DNA of 59,307 nt, the filler included, from Basidioascus undulatus (lineage: Eukaryota), in assembly GCA_000826855.1 (NCBI GenBank). It is 5 parts of 5 records of this genome, joined end to end, with 100 filler letters (N's around TTAATTAATTAA, not from the genome) between each part and the next. Parts side by side here need not be neighbours in the genome. Positions count along the whole stretch, not along the records: positions 10,623 to 21,147 come from JTLS01001115.1; positions 21,248 to 38,130 come from JTLS01001116.1; 3 more parts are not named here. One strand, written 5' to 3'. Made by a program: the position numbers and the translations under genes. Under the pieces are notes generated by a model. The model saw nothing but the letters and a program-made list of their open reading frames with translations, had not been told where the DNA came from and made no database searches. Shown one piece after another: positions 12,582 through 24,363 of this stretch. Within the stretch, counting starts at the first letter, position 1. Each line of letters opens with the position of its first letter.

Positions 12582-13745
12582 TCAATTGATCGAGCCGACC
12601 TGTAATCCCAAGTACATCACAAAGAAACCGTGCTCATTGCAGCTTAGATCTATTCTCAATGAGGAGAGCCGTGTAGCGACCACCGTTGCCTCCCTCCAGA
12701 ATGCCGCCAGCCTGGACGGGTGCCAGTAATCTGTCCCACAAGGACCGAGAGTGATCAAGTGCAGGTCCGGGAGCTCTTGAGGACTGATCGTATAGCCCAA
12801 CGAGCTGATCCGCCGGTGACGTTCCGCTCGCATATATGCCTATGGACATCTCTTGAAGAGAAGACGGAAGTGCTTTGACAAGCGCCACGTCTACCCTAGC
12901 TGGATTAATATCGAGACGACCAAGCAATAGACACAACGGAAGGAGATGAACCCGGAAATCGCCACCAAAGGACGTGTTAGTAAGGCGGTGCATCTGTGTA
13001 CCGTGGCGAGCGAAGAACTGCTCAAGGACTTGTATAGGACAGTCACGGGCGTTGAGGGCGAGCGTCTCCAGGCTTGGAAATGAACAGCGAGAGAAAAATA
13101 ACAATACTCCTTCTTGACTTCCGATGAAGGGGCCGCAGAATCTGGAACTTGCGCAAGTGCAGGAGCTCGAACGGTTTGCATCGAAAGCAACTGCGCGTCG
13201 GCCTCATCAAGCGCACAGGCCCAGACGTACACTTTGGACAGGGATGTGAAGCTCCGAAGGACCTCAAAGTGCTTCGTGAGTACGTTGTGGATTTCCACAT
13301 CGAGAGCTGTGAGGGTGCAGCTGCTGGTGAAAGCGAGCGCACGAAGCGCAGAGAGTGCCATGCCCATACCGACGGATACAGTGACGTCTTCAAGGTGAGT
13401 CTGAAGACAGGAAGATCGAGCTTGGGTGTGGCGGAAGGGCTGGCGTCCCTCCTCATCCAAGCGCTGGATCAAGCGATGGAAGATGTGCACAGCGCCGTCT
13501 CCTTTTAACCGGACGGAGCGGTATTGGAACTGCTCAGAGATGATCTGTATCGTACTTGAATTCGGTGAGTAGACCAAAGCTCTGGAAGTTTCCTTATACC
13601 AGACCTTACCAACTGAGCGCAATCGACGCGAGGCTCCGCTTCGGGCGATCGTACTTTGACAGTCGGCCCTCGTTCTCGTAGCAATCGCCGTAGGCGAGCT
13701 CAATAACGCATGACCACACCTCGAGCGGAAGGTGTACTGAGTCAT
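12582..13745 (-). pseudogene. F-box/RNI(LRR)-like pseudogene A
   Basis: F-box-like LPLEVWSCVIELA..SLASIAL is out of frame with the ATG at 13745; LRR-like FPSLETLAL, LPSSLQEMSI. Several frameshifts. DNA similarity to 52960-54017. Confidence 0.65.
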
Positions 13746-14349
13746 GGTGAGTTGGACGAGATAGAGGTTCGGCAATCGGGCGCAGGAAGTGGGTCCGATT
13801 GCAAGGTACATGAAATTAGTACGCCGCAACTCGCTCCAACATTCGGCGCCCCAACCCGTAACCCGAGTTTAACTTTTATTCGCTGTGTAGTCACTATAAA
13901 GAGACGTAATTATTTGACGGAACAAGTTACGTTCACACCGTGTTTGCTGCCAGGGGCGCCGCGACAGCTGTGGTCTTAATGCCAGGAGCCACGCCGCCTT
14001 ACCACAGGACGTGGACATAGCAAACCAGTAGGTACTGGAAAAATGAGGATCCCATCCGGAAAGCTATAGTGAAGGGCTCTTTTCGACGTCCTCACGTGTG
14101 AGTGGCTCTCATGGCAAGGACAACTCCTGGTTTGCATCTGTCATGCAAGGCTGTACCGGCGCGGCTTTGAGACATATCACATGTTGCTTGATTAACATAT
14201 ATTATTTATGAATAATTTGACTCTACAGGAGAGGCGGTAGTGAGGCCGAGCTCAGGAAGCCGACTGATAACCTCGCTGGCTTCCATCCCCGCTCCTCGCC
14301 GCTCACATCGCGCTGTCTCAATCCCGATCCTCCGCATCTCCAAACTTTA

Positions 14350-15630
14350 GGGCTGTGAGAGAGCTTTCCCCTTGGCTGACCAAGTAACTATGGGCTCTCT
14401 TCACTGCTACGGACAATGCCATCTCTGAAAATGCCTCAAGCTGGGCAGCGCCCGCAACGGCAGTCGAAAGCTGTGCAACTCGATGCACCGACACTGTCCG
14501 AAAAGCGGTCACCTTCAATTGGAGAATTTGTTTTGAATCCCACATGAATTTGTTGCAACCCTGGACCCTGGCCCATATTGATGAGGAATACAAACGAGCC
14601 TCGACAAAAACGCTGCGGTGGCTTTCGGCGTGGGCGACAGTGACATTGGGCGAAAAGTACGAGCTGAGATATAGGCCAAAGCTAAAGAAAATTCTCAAAT
14701 GCGATCCGACAGAAAAAAAAAACCGCCCGCAGGTCCCACGAATGATAATTTCAGCTCCCCTTCTTTCGGCAACCAAGTTGTCTGGCCGGTTTTCCAGTCA
14801 GATTGTAATGCCTTAAGTCAGTTGACAAGGGGGGCTGGCGCAATGGTAGCGCGTGCGACTCCAGATCGCAAGGTTATCCGTTCAAGTCGGGTGTCCCTCA
14901 TGAGCAATTCGTTTTTGTACTTTCTGGACGGACACACCGGATGCCAGCCAATACAGTCAAGATGTCTGCTGTCCGTGTTGAGTACTTTGGGAACCTCAAA
15001 TGGCAGTGCACCCTTCCTTGACCACGCTCCCTTTATCTCTGTGGACAACCTTTCAGGGCAGGTGTTGCAGTCATATGTTTGCAGCAGATGACTAGAGGGG
15101 AGGGGCGTGACGGAGAAGTCTCAGACATTCATGCCAGTTTAAGAGGAGCTCCAGCAGCATCCTGCTCGAACTGACATTGTGGCGGGGCGGAGATCGAACT
15201 GGACAAGTTGTCAAGTTTGTGCATAATAAAGGATTTTTTTTGGCTTGAAGTGAGGAGTTCTGGTTTACACCTGTGTACCACCCACCCATCCGTGCGGGGT
15301 TGTGGGATGGTTCAATGCACAGTGATGGCCTGCAGTTCCACAATGCAGGGGCTGTTCAGCCCAATTATGAACAGCTATTTGCAAGTCCATCTATACACTC
15401 AAACAACACTCCCAAAAACCACAATCAAGACGAGGCAAGATGCGAAAGGCCAAAAACGCGGGCTGCAGTGTTGTACGCAGTGGAAGACCCACAAGGCTCT
15501 ATTTTCAGTGCTCATGGCCGGTTTAGCGGGCCACTTGAATTGGAACTTGATCCCTCATTGCAGAGAAATAATTTTCAACACGAGAGTGCGCCGGAAATAG
15601 CTTGCTTAAGGGGACAGGCAGCTGACTGAG
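14350..15630 (+). mobile_element. Highly degenerate transposon-associated gene relic, possibly DUF6589-like
   Basis: Broken frames with EEYKRASTKTLRWLSAWA, MIIS..GNQ..VFQ and PFISVDNL, reminiscent of fungal DUF6589 proteins. Lower GC than the genes. From recall only. Confidence 0.3.
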
Positions 15631-16187
15631 AGCATGGGGCAACGCCTGGCATACACAGAAAATGAAGAAGTCAATGGCAAGTTTTCATGGGACGAAAGCT
15701 CAAACGGAATGCATGTAGCGATGCAGCTTTTAAACTCCGTCGACGTCCTTCAGCGGTGCGGTTAGCAGTGCACGCCGCACTGGCCCAAACTGGCCACTAT
15801 CATTTTTATCTTCCCACAACCTTACATCTACCTCCTGTCCTGCTTGGTCAGCCCTCCCTCGTTCTCACCTCCGCCTGACGTACTGCGGCCTGCAAGCCAC
15901 ACCTGCCTGCCGCTGGCTCACTCCTACTCTCACCCCGAGCCGAAGGCATCAACCCTCGCAGACGTCCTCTTCAAACGCCAACGCAAACGCGATAAAGAAT
16001 CGAAAGGCGCATGAACACCAAACCAAAGCGGGCGACCCCACCAAATCTCCGTCGCCCTGCGCTGCTGCTGCTGCCTTCCCCTCCCGCTCTCCCTCTCTTC
16101 TCTCCTCCCACTTCTTCCCAGCTCGTCCCTTCCCCACACTCGCCTTCCATATACGCAGATTCTCCATCCCCCAACACGCCGGTAAGA

Positions 16188-17534
16188 TCATGCAGGGAGC
16201 TCGAACTTCTCGCCGCGCATGACCCTGTGATTGCATCGCGCGAGGAGGAAGAAAGGTGCGGGGTCAGCCGATGGGTCGCATGGCCCAGGAGGAAGGATCG
16301 GGGACGAGGGAAGTAAATAGGGAAGGTGAGAAGGACGGGAAGACGCACTTGGTAAAGTAGATGTAGAAAAAGTCGGCGTAGAGACCGGTTTGTACGAGAC
16401 CGGCTAAGACGGCGATCGGGTCGACGGTGTCTTCGGTCGCGTACCTGGAGGGAAACGAAGGTGTGTGAGTAAGGTTAATGTGAGTTCGGTGGTGCGGATG
16501 AGTGCAAGGCATGTGAGCGTGTTGTTGCCGTCAGCGTCGGTTCGCCGCCCCGGGCCCGACTATCCTGCTTCTCGCCAGATGTTGTTCTCGCGCGAGCTCG
16601 GGCATGGGACATTCCCTTTACCAACGCCCCCCATTCCGAATCCCCACCAGGCGAAGCTGCGCCGCAGCCGCCTTGTCCCACCACCCTCCCCCGGCGCCCG
16701 AGAACCGGCGCCCATGCCGTAACAGCCTCGACGCACCGGTAGATCCAGTTCGGGATGTAGAGCGCGCGGTACGCGCCGAGCGCAAAGAGGTAGTGGGTCG
16801 TGATGGTCTCTGCCTCGCCCGTGCGCTGGAGCATGAACAGCTGCGGGAGGATGGCGACGGCCTCAAGATAGATCGAAAACGCCCAGAGGATCTCGGCCGG
16901 CTTGAACTCGTAGTTGGCCACGAGCGATAGCACCGCGCACGGGATGAGGATGTACTTGAGGTCGAAGGTGTCGATTGCAGGGTCAGAGGTCGGGCTGGGG
17001 ATGCGAGAGGGAGGAGGGAAGGAGTCCGTCAGCGCGACATGGTCCAAGGTCCGGTCTTCCAAATCAACAGTCCCCCCCGCGTGGAAAGGCAACCCGAGAG
17101 GCAACCCGCGGACTTACCGGAAGACGACGCGCATGAGGTAGAGGATATAGATGCTCGAGCCGATGAAGAAGAGCTTCATGACGGTGTTGTAAAGGCTGAC
17201 ATAGTGCGTGAAGAGGTCGAGGTAGCGCGTCAAAAAGACAGCGACATAGAGCGCCTGTGTTTTGAACGAGATGCCTGCAGGGCGTCCGAGCGAGCGGCCA
17301 TCATGAGCTTCCACACCTCGCCCTGCCTCCAGGCGCGGGGTGGGCGACGCACCTCTGCAAGATCGGGAAGTCTGAATCTTGTGCAGGAGAATAAAGATGG
17401 ACGCGAGATGGGAGAGATCGCCTGTGATTCCAGTCCAATTGAACCCAAGCCCCTCAGCGGCGCGTCAGCGAGACGGGCCCCCCCGCGGTGGAGAGCGAGC
17501 GCGGGAGCGGACCGAGGAGCCTGAAAATGTTCAT
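16188..17534 (-). CDS. ERD2: ER lumen protein-retaining (HDEL/KDEL) receptor
   Basis: [52 protein letters not shown]...|...[50 protein letters not shown]|...[30 protein letters not shown]; five GT-AG introns. Confidence 0.97.
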
Positions 17535-18114
17535 GCTGGGCTAGGCTGAGGCGTCAGGGCGTGTCGTGTCCGAGGTTGTGCAGCGGGTGGTGAGCAGGCT
17601 CGTAAGAACGGCCAGAGATGATGGGAGCGGGAAGCAAAGGCATGTTTGTGCGACGTGTCGTCAACTTGCGGCGCGCGCCGGCTCGATTAAAGCATGAGAG
17701 CGGACGCGGGGCTCAACGTTTCAGACCGGCCTGCGCTGGGAAGCAGACACTTTGATAGATTTAATTTTCAAGGTTATACAGGACATCCGGAAAGGGCTGT
17801 AAACCTATGGTGGCGGTACAAGTCCGTAACGGTGGTGGAGGAGGCAAGGACTCCATCGTTCCCGCGTGGCAAAGCACAACATGCATGCTAGTCAGGAGAA
17901 GAGCCTGACATTCACAAAGATCAACTAAAGGTTGTCATACAAGTGTCCCCTCGTCGCCATGTCTAAGCTCTCCCTCCCCCTCAAAGCGACGGCGACCGTC
18001 CGAGCCTGACCCGCTTTGCATTGTCCATCTCCTTCTGCCGCAGCCTCGCGACCGCCTCCCTCGCTTCGTGCTCCTCTTCCGTCAAGTCATTGTACGTCTA
18101 TGTTTCCTCCTTGC

Positions 18115-18969
18115 TCAGTAGACTCCCTGGGCACACTCCCAACCCGAAGACAACAAATGATGCACCTTCTCAAACCGCCACTCGCCCTTGTTCCACGCGG
18201 CCACCACAGCGTTATAAAGCGACGTAAAGTTACTCGTCGGTAAGCTGTCCGCCAGTTGACGCTGCTGCAGCAGCAAGTGCGTCAAGTCGCTCCAAAGCGG
18301 GGGCTTCCTGTTCTTCTCGCCGTTGTGCTTCGCGCCCGGCGGGGCCTGAAGCGCCGACTGGCGCGTGAGCCACGCGCGGACGTCGGGGCTCAGCGTGTGC
18401 GTCCCACGCTGAAGCGCGTAGCAGTCCGGCGGCACGTGCGTCGGGTGCCACTCGTCTGCGGAGGAGAAGACGGGCGGGGCGTCGGGGTCGCCGTGGGATG
18501 AGGAAGAGGGGGCGGGGGAGGTGTTGTCGGCGGTGTACATGCGGTGGGATGCGTAGCTGGAGATGTGGAACACGGGCGACTGTGGCGTTGGTCCCTCCGA
18601 TTGAGCTCAGGCGTCATGGAAGAGTGTGGAGATGGCCGACAGACGCACCTCCGACCGACGCTTCACAGCCGGCTTGATGTCCGGCTTAACGTCCGGCTTG
18701 ACGTCCGGTTTGACGTCCAGTTCCACGTCCGGTATGACGTCGGCTTGCGAAAGGGGAGTCAGCGCGACGTTTCCGCCTGAGCCGCAGTTCACCATAATGC
18801 TCACGGGACGGCAGACTATCCACCTCCGAAGGCTCCTGCCACGGTCGTTTGGATTGCTGGGATGAACGCTGCAAAGCAAAGTCAGCTGAAAGGGCAGGGA
18901 GCACCGTTCGGGGTGGAGAGGATACCTAGAGACCATGGTCCCCTTCTCCATCAGCCTCAATACCTGCAT
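18115..18969 (-). CDS. Hypothetical (possibly degenerate) protein with DVKP repeats
   Basis: Frames DVIPDVELDVKPDVKPDVKPDIKP and ...PPVFSSADEWHPTHVPPDCYALQRG...; exon structure uncertain. Confidence 0.3.
18670..18745 (-). repeat. 12-bp tandem repeat (about 6 degenerate units) encoding DVKP
   Basis: Plus-strand units of type CGGCTTGACGTC. Confidence 0.8.
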
Positions 18970-19058
18970 AATCTAAGCAGAAGGACGTATACGAACGCGA
19001 CGGCCACTTGAAGGACCCGGCGTCTCAAACACCAGTTCCTCGTCTTCGTCCGCGTCAA

Positions 19059-19373
19059 TCACCACATCCCCACCTCGCCCTGCGCTCTCCTTCTCCTTCT
19101 CTCACGCGCCCGAATCTCAGCATACCCTCTCCCTCGAGCCCTAAAACTACGCACCTCCAGCACCTTAACCTCCAGCCATAAATCGTACGCCCTAATCTTC
19201 CTCACACCCTGCTCCTTCTCCAGCTCCGCCCTCTCAGCGGGGATCGCCTCCAGCCGCGCAAGCAGGCGCTCCTCCTCGTCCGCCAGGTCTTCGAGGACCT
19301 TCGAGCCGGTCTTTATGTCGGATTCGAGATTGGCGAGCGCGCGACGCTGCGAGGCGAGCTTTGAGGTGAACAT
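19059..19373 (-). CDS. Small hypothetical coiled-coil protein
   Basis: 104-aa ORF with heptad-like LANLESDIKTGSKVLEDLADEEERLLARLE and GC-rich third positions; no family recognised. Confidence 0.4.
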   Translation of the reverse strand: MFTSKLASQRRALANLESDIKTGSKVLEDLADEEERLLARLEAIPAERAELEKEQGVRKIRAYDLWLEVKVLEVRSFRARGRGYAEIRARERRRRRAQGEVGMW

Positions 19374-19739
19374 GATGATGGGAGAAAGAAGGGCAGATCA
19401 TGAAACGCGGGACAGTCCTTATGGTCTTCGAAGCATTTGCTTCCGCTTTTTATCGCTCGCACAGCGAAGTGGCAGTGCATCCTCACTTTCAAGGAACCTT
19501 GCAGAGCAGCAGATCCAACACCCATTTCGACTTTGCCCAGGTTCCGGAGGGGATGCATCCGCTAGCGGACCCAGTGTGCCAGAAGGCCGTCTTCAGGACC
19601 AAGCAATATTGTGCCAGAAGGAACAACTAAATGCCAGTGTTATGGGAACCCCCACACATGGGGAAGTAAAAGTGACAGAGATGGCACCAGGATAGCCGGA
19701 TAGCAGCCATGCTTGGCGCGCCAGCAGTTCCGTGTGATT

Positions 19740-21147
19740 CTAGTGACAATCCCAGCTTTCTGCCTGCTATTGGACATCCTCCCATGTGCCAAACCAACCT
19801 TGTATCCATGCTGGCAAAACCAGACCACACTGCACCAAAAACTTCATAGGAATCTCATAACCATCTCACATTCATCTCCTTGGGGCTGTTGCAGTGCCTC
19901 AGTTTTAGTATTCTCTGTAGGCTAGCTCTTTTCTGTCTCTACTGACTTTCAGCCATCAATAACTTGAACACATGTATAGTTTCATAACTTTCCTTACAAC
20001 ATGCTTATGTGCTGTACCCTGAAGCACTCTGTTGCCTACACACATTTGGCACTTCCTCCTCATTACCTGTCACCCTTCTTACACTTCACCATTATCCCAA
20101 ATTGCTGACTTACCCTGAATCCAACTACAATATCTGCTGTTCTCACATTTGACCTGGCTCTCTAGGTGGCTTTTGCATTAGTAGGAACTGTTATGCTCTG
20201 GTCAACCCCTCCAGCTGTCATGAATACCCTCCCTCCCTTCACCAAGGACTCTACACCCTCCCCTACCCTCTCCCTATTGTCACCTTCCTTTGTCCTATTG
20301 TCCTCCTGTCCACCTCCTCGCCTCCTTTTGTTCCTTCCGTCAAGCTATTGTCCTCCTGGCCTCCCTTTGTCTCCTCCCTCTACTCTCCACAGTATCCCTC
20401 CCTTCTTCCCCTGTCCCTCATCCAGTCTTGTTCTCTCCTACGCTCCCCTCAGCCTTGTCCTCTACTCCTTGCCTTTTCTTGATCTATCTTGCATCTTGTC
20501 ACCAACCCTGCTGGTAGTCCCTGCTGTGGTCTGCCATACCCAGTCTAGTCCTGACAGGAAGTCCTGGGGAACAGGGCCACCTTCAGTTCTTTGCTTCTTC
20601 AGTCCTTCAGTCCTTCAGTCCTTCAGTCCTTTTGTCCTTCCCTTTAGTACTTCACTTCTTCAGTGCTTCCCTCCCCCTTTCTTCCCTTCAGTGCTTCACT
20701 CCTTCACTACTTCAGTTCTTCTCTCCATCAGCCCTTCATCCTTAATGCCTTCAAGCCTTCATTTCTTCAGTACTTCACTCCATCAGCACCGCATCATCTT
20801 CATGCCTGAGGCTATGAGGTTGGGGTGCAAAGACAGTCAGATTGGGTGTGCAGGTGTGTGCTGTGGGTGGATAACACCTGCTGGTTGTTTTCTGAATGGA
20901 CATGTCGGGGTTGCTGGGTTGGTTTGTTGAGCAGAGAGATGTTGAAAAGCTCTTTCGAAGGGTAAGCTGGCATGTCTAGGTGCATCTTCTCTGTGAGCAG
21001 GCAGGGACATTCAGAATTTTCTGCGAATAATGCCCCTGTCAGGACTTGGCTGGGCAAGACAGACCGCAGCGGGGACTACCAGCAGGGTTGGTGACAAGAT
21101 GCAGGATGTATGGTGGGGAATAGAGGACAAGGCTAAGAGGAGGGCAA
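19740..21147. mobile_element. CpG-depleted repeat relic with an internal inverted repeat and a CTTCAGTC minisatellite
   Basis: About 7 CpG in 19741-21030 by hand count (none in 19741-20318); inverted arms 20443-20558 / 21035-21147; degenerate CTTCAGTC repeats at 20580-20780. Confidence 0.6.
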
Positions 21148-21247
21148 NNNNNNNNNNNNNNNNNNNNNNNNNNNNNNNNNNNNNNNNNNNNTTAATTAAT
21201 TAANNNNNNNNNNNNNNNNNNNNNNNNNNNNNNNNNNNNNNNNNNNN
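21148..21247. other. Artificial contig spacer
   Basis: 44 N + TTAATTAATTAA + 44 N. Confidence 0.98.
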
Positions 21248-21514
21248 TCCTGGGAGGGGTGGGTGTGTTTAATGTTAGGTTAGGATGGAAGATGGGAGAT
21301 GTCGGGGTGGGGGTGGGGGTCGGTGTCCCTCGCGTGCGTTGTTCGTCGTCGTCGGCTGGGAATTTGACGATGGCGATGACGAGGACGCGTGGATTGAATC
21401 GGCGGTTTAAATGCGTCGGTGTTGTCGCCGGGAATATATTAGGGTAAAAGCCAAGGGGAGCGACGGGAGTATGTGTAGCGCGGCGGCGGCGGGGGGTGCG
21501 AGGGGGTGGAGAGG

Positions 21515-22015
21515 GAGCGCGCGCGAGGGGAGGAATCAAAAGGCGATTCCCAAGCGCAAGGGGCGGCGAGAGCAAAGAAGCAAGCAGGCAGGCGAGCGCA
21601 AAGGCAAAAGGCGCAGAGCCAGGTGGCAGTTGCAGAATGCGGGGACGAACAGAAGCCTTCGGCCGCCTGATCGCGCCACGAACTAGGGGGCAACTTAGCC
21701 GCAGACCGCCTTGCTTCCGGTTCGTGCCAATCTCGACGGGGCACACAAATATTCATAGTAATGAATACAGTATCTTCCTCCACACACACTGACTTCACCA
21801 CCCCGTCGAACCTTGACACCATTACAATCCCCCCGCTGCCGAGCACCCACGCGTCCATACAGTTTCGGCATGCGCACATGATACACTGGTACATCCCTTT
21901 CCATCTCCAAAGGACCTACATGAACATCTTATCGCTGAGGGATTGAGAGAAGCCCCACCCGGACATGTCGAAAAGACGTCGTCGGACCCCACGCTATCTC
22001 GTCGCCAGGTCCCGC
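21515..22015 (+). repeat. Dispersed repeat, copy A (inverted relative to copy B at 34039-34551)
   Basis: Shares exact blocks with the reverse complement of copy B: GAAGCCTTCGGCCGCCTGATCGC, GGTTCGTGCCAATCTCGAC, CAAATATTCATA, AACCTTGACACC, CACATGATACACT, ACATCCCTTTCCA, ACCCCACGCTATCTCGTCG. Confidence 0.9.
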
Positions 22016-24363
22016 CTACCCCGCACTGCGCACATCAATCCGGCGTGGCGTTCGTTGTCTTATTATGTAAGCAAAACCAGAATGCGGGGTCGCGAGCACA
22101 GCCTCCGCCCTCCTCCGCTCCTCCGCCTCCTTCGCTCATCCGGACCGACCCACACCGACACTTGGTCCAGCGTCACAGTTCCCAACGTCTCCTTAGCCCA
22201 CTTTCAACATCTTCTAATTCTCTCTCATCATTGACCCTGAACCTCTTGTTCCCCATTGAGTACGGCCATTCACATCTCTGCAGACAAAAGACGCAGCGAC
22301 GCCGATGGCGCCTTCATGCAGTACATCTCCCTTATCTCCGCTTCAGATGACCAAGGCCTTCACACGCTGCTGTCGCGGCGACCTGCGTCCATATGTACGC
22401 TCCGAAGGTGAACGAAGCCAAACGAAATTGCCCGCTGCGCTTTTCAAGGCTGGATCTCATTGTGCCACGTGGTGGAAACGACAAATGAAGCTTGCCGCTA
22501 AGGAGCGGCTGTATGAGCTTGGTGCGGGGCAGGCACGTGAAATGGCGAATGAAACAGCTGGTTGCGCGCGCCGGCTCTCGGCGGAGCTCGCTGGGTTGCT
22601 TTCACACATCATCGTAAGATGAGAAGTGGAAGGAGAGAACGAAGACGGTCAGGACACCCCTCGACAATATCAAAGACGCCCGAACAAAATATGCAAATTG
22701 CTAGAAAACGTATTCCAGTCTTCGCTGCAACAGCATCAGATCGCTGCCTTCCCCGAAACTCAAGACGCCCGCCAGCATCATCGAACGTCAGTCCTGCTGC
22801 GGAGACAGACACACCTCTCGGCGACGCTCGCTCATGATGCAGGCTCGCTCTCGCTCATCTGGGCAGAGCCGGCTCGAGCGCGATATTCGCGGCACGATGC
22901 GATGCGCAACTGCCTAGAGTCGTTTCTACGCAGACTCTGCAGCCAGCAGGAGACACCGGACGGATGTACTTGCTTGAGCAGCTCGACGGTAACGCAGTCT
23001 GGTTGCACTGTATCCGCAAGACGTACATGAAGAGTACAGCAGGAGAAGAAGTCGCCCGCTGGACATCTGTAAGCGTTTAAGTCGAAAACTCCGTGAAATG
23101 CTGTTAGGGGATTGAACTGCTTTGCCGTGCAGTTTGCGCTCGGCTCTCACTGCTGAGTCCGAAGGCTCACCGAGCAACTATAACGCTTTGCAATTCGGAT
23201 GTGTATAGGTGTAGGTCTCGTCAATGCGGGACGAAATAGTACATCTGTTTCAGCCAGGTCCTGAAACGTAGCAGAGAAACTCGCATGCCGAAGCAAGCGG
23301 GGGTGCGTTGCTTTGTCGCAACACAGCAGCAGTGGACCACGGTAGGAGGTCCACTTTTGCAGGCCTCCTTCCGACCCTTTTGGTAGATTTGGCTCCAAAG
23401 AGGATATCATTCGTATCAGCCCCATTTTGACCGGGTTCAAGCATCGCGGCACTCTCCAGCTAAAGCTGGCTTCCGATCGGCTACGGAGAAGTGCCACGCA
23501 AGCTCCCTATGCGTTCCGCCCTTGACAATTTTCTCATGCATAGCAACTTTCTCGAGCATTGAACGCGATGGCGTCCTCAACTCGGCGCTCTCCCGGCCTC
23601 TGTTTGTGCGTCTACATCGTCTTGCCGACGCGTATCGTGTCCGACGCCACTTCCCGCCGTGCATTACAGTCGCTCGCAAGAGCGCGAGAATCCCCGAGTC
23701 CTTATTGTATATGGCCTTGTCATGATGATGTGTCTCCCGAATCAGCAGTCGGTCAGCTCACTTGCGCTCAGTGAGCGTCGTGGGATGACTGGCGTGTCCT
23801 TGAGGGCCTGCGCTCTTGCGAAAGATACACTTAGAAGCTGGCAGTAAGCTTGTTCAACGATCCATGCACCAATCAAGGTTGTCTAGCACAGGCAAGCAGT
23901 CTGGATAGGCAGGCTTCCTCGCCACAGCCTAACTTCGTCATGTACATGCTGCCACGCCAGTCCGCGCTATGTTGTCTCGATCCTGAGTTCTTTGGAAAAC
24001 TATTTAATATTTGGTCCTCTTTGGCCCGGTCTTCTCTGAGAGGAACGCCGGAGCGCGATGCCGCTACCTCCTGTCCGCCTGTTACCCCGTGCCTGCCTCA
24101 GTCTCTTTCACGCACGTCTTGCAAACTGGGGACCATCCGCTTAACTGGACCGACCCCCTGATTGATTTTGCTCATGTGAATGGACCCGCGATCGAGCCCA
24201 ATTCCATCGCAGACTGCCGACAGGACCTGCACCCGCCGCTCAATTTGAACCTCCCACAGGGTCAAGCTCGACATAAAAACTCGCTTGCTCCTCTCTTCTC
24301 TCTCTTCATCCCTCACTCATCCAATTATTTCCTCCCTGCCTCCTCAACGCTTCAACCCTCAAG

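Noticed and set aside
20166..20930. 254-aa hydrophobic Ser/Pro/Leu-rich ORF
   Set aside because: Arises from pyrimidine-rich minisatellite and inverted-repeat DNA; GTG start and no coding signature.
21719..21815. tRNA/SINE B-box-like motifs (GGTTCGTGCC; minus-strand GGTTCGACGG) in repeat copy A
   Set aside because: Imperfect consensus, no A box or cloverleaf, and the second motif is not conserved in copy B.
22305..23725. Long plus-strand frame broken by one TGA (22305-23030) and downstream fragments
   Set aside because: No recognisable motif or clear splice structure; possibly a decayed gene but unsupported.
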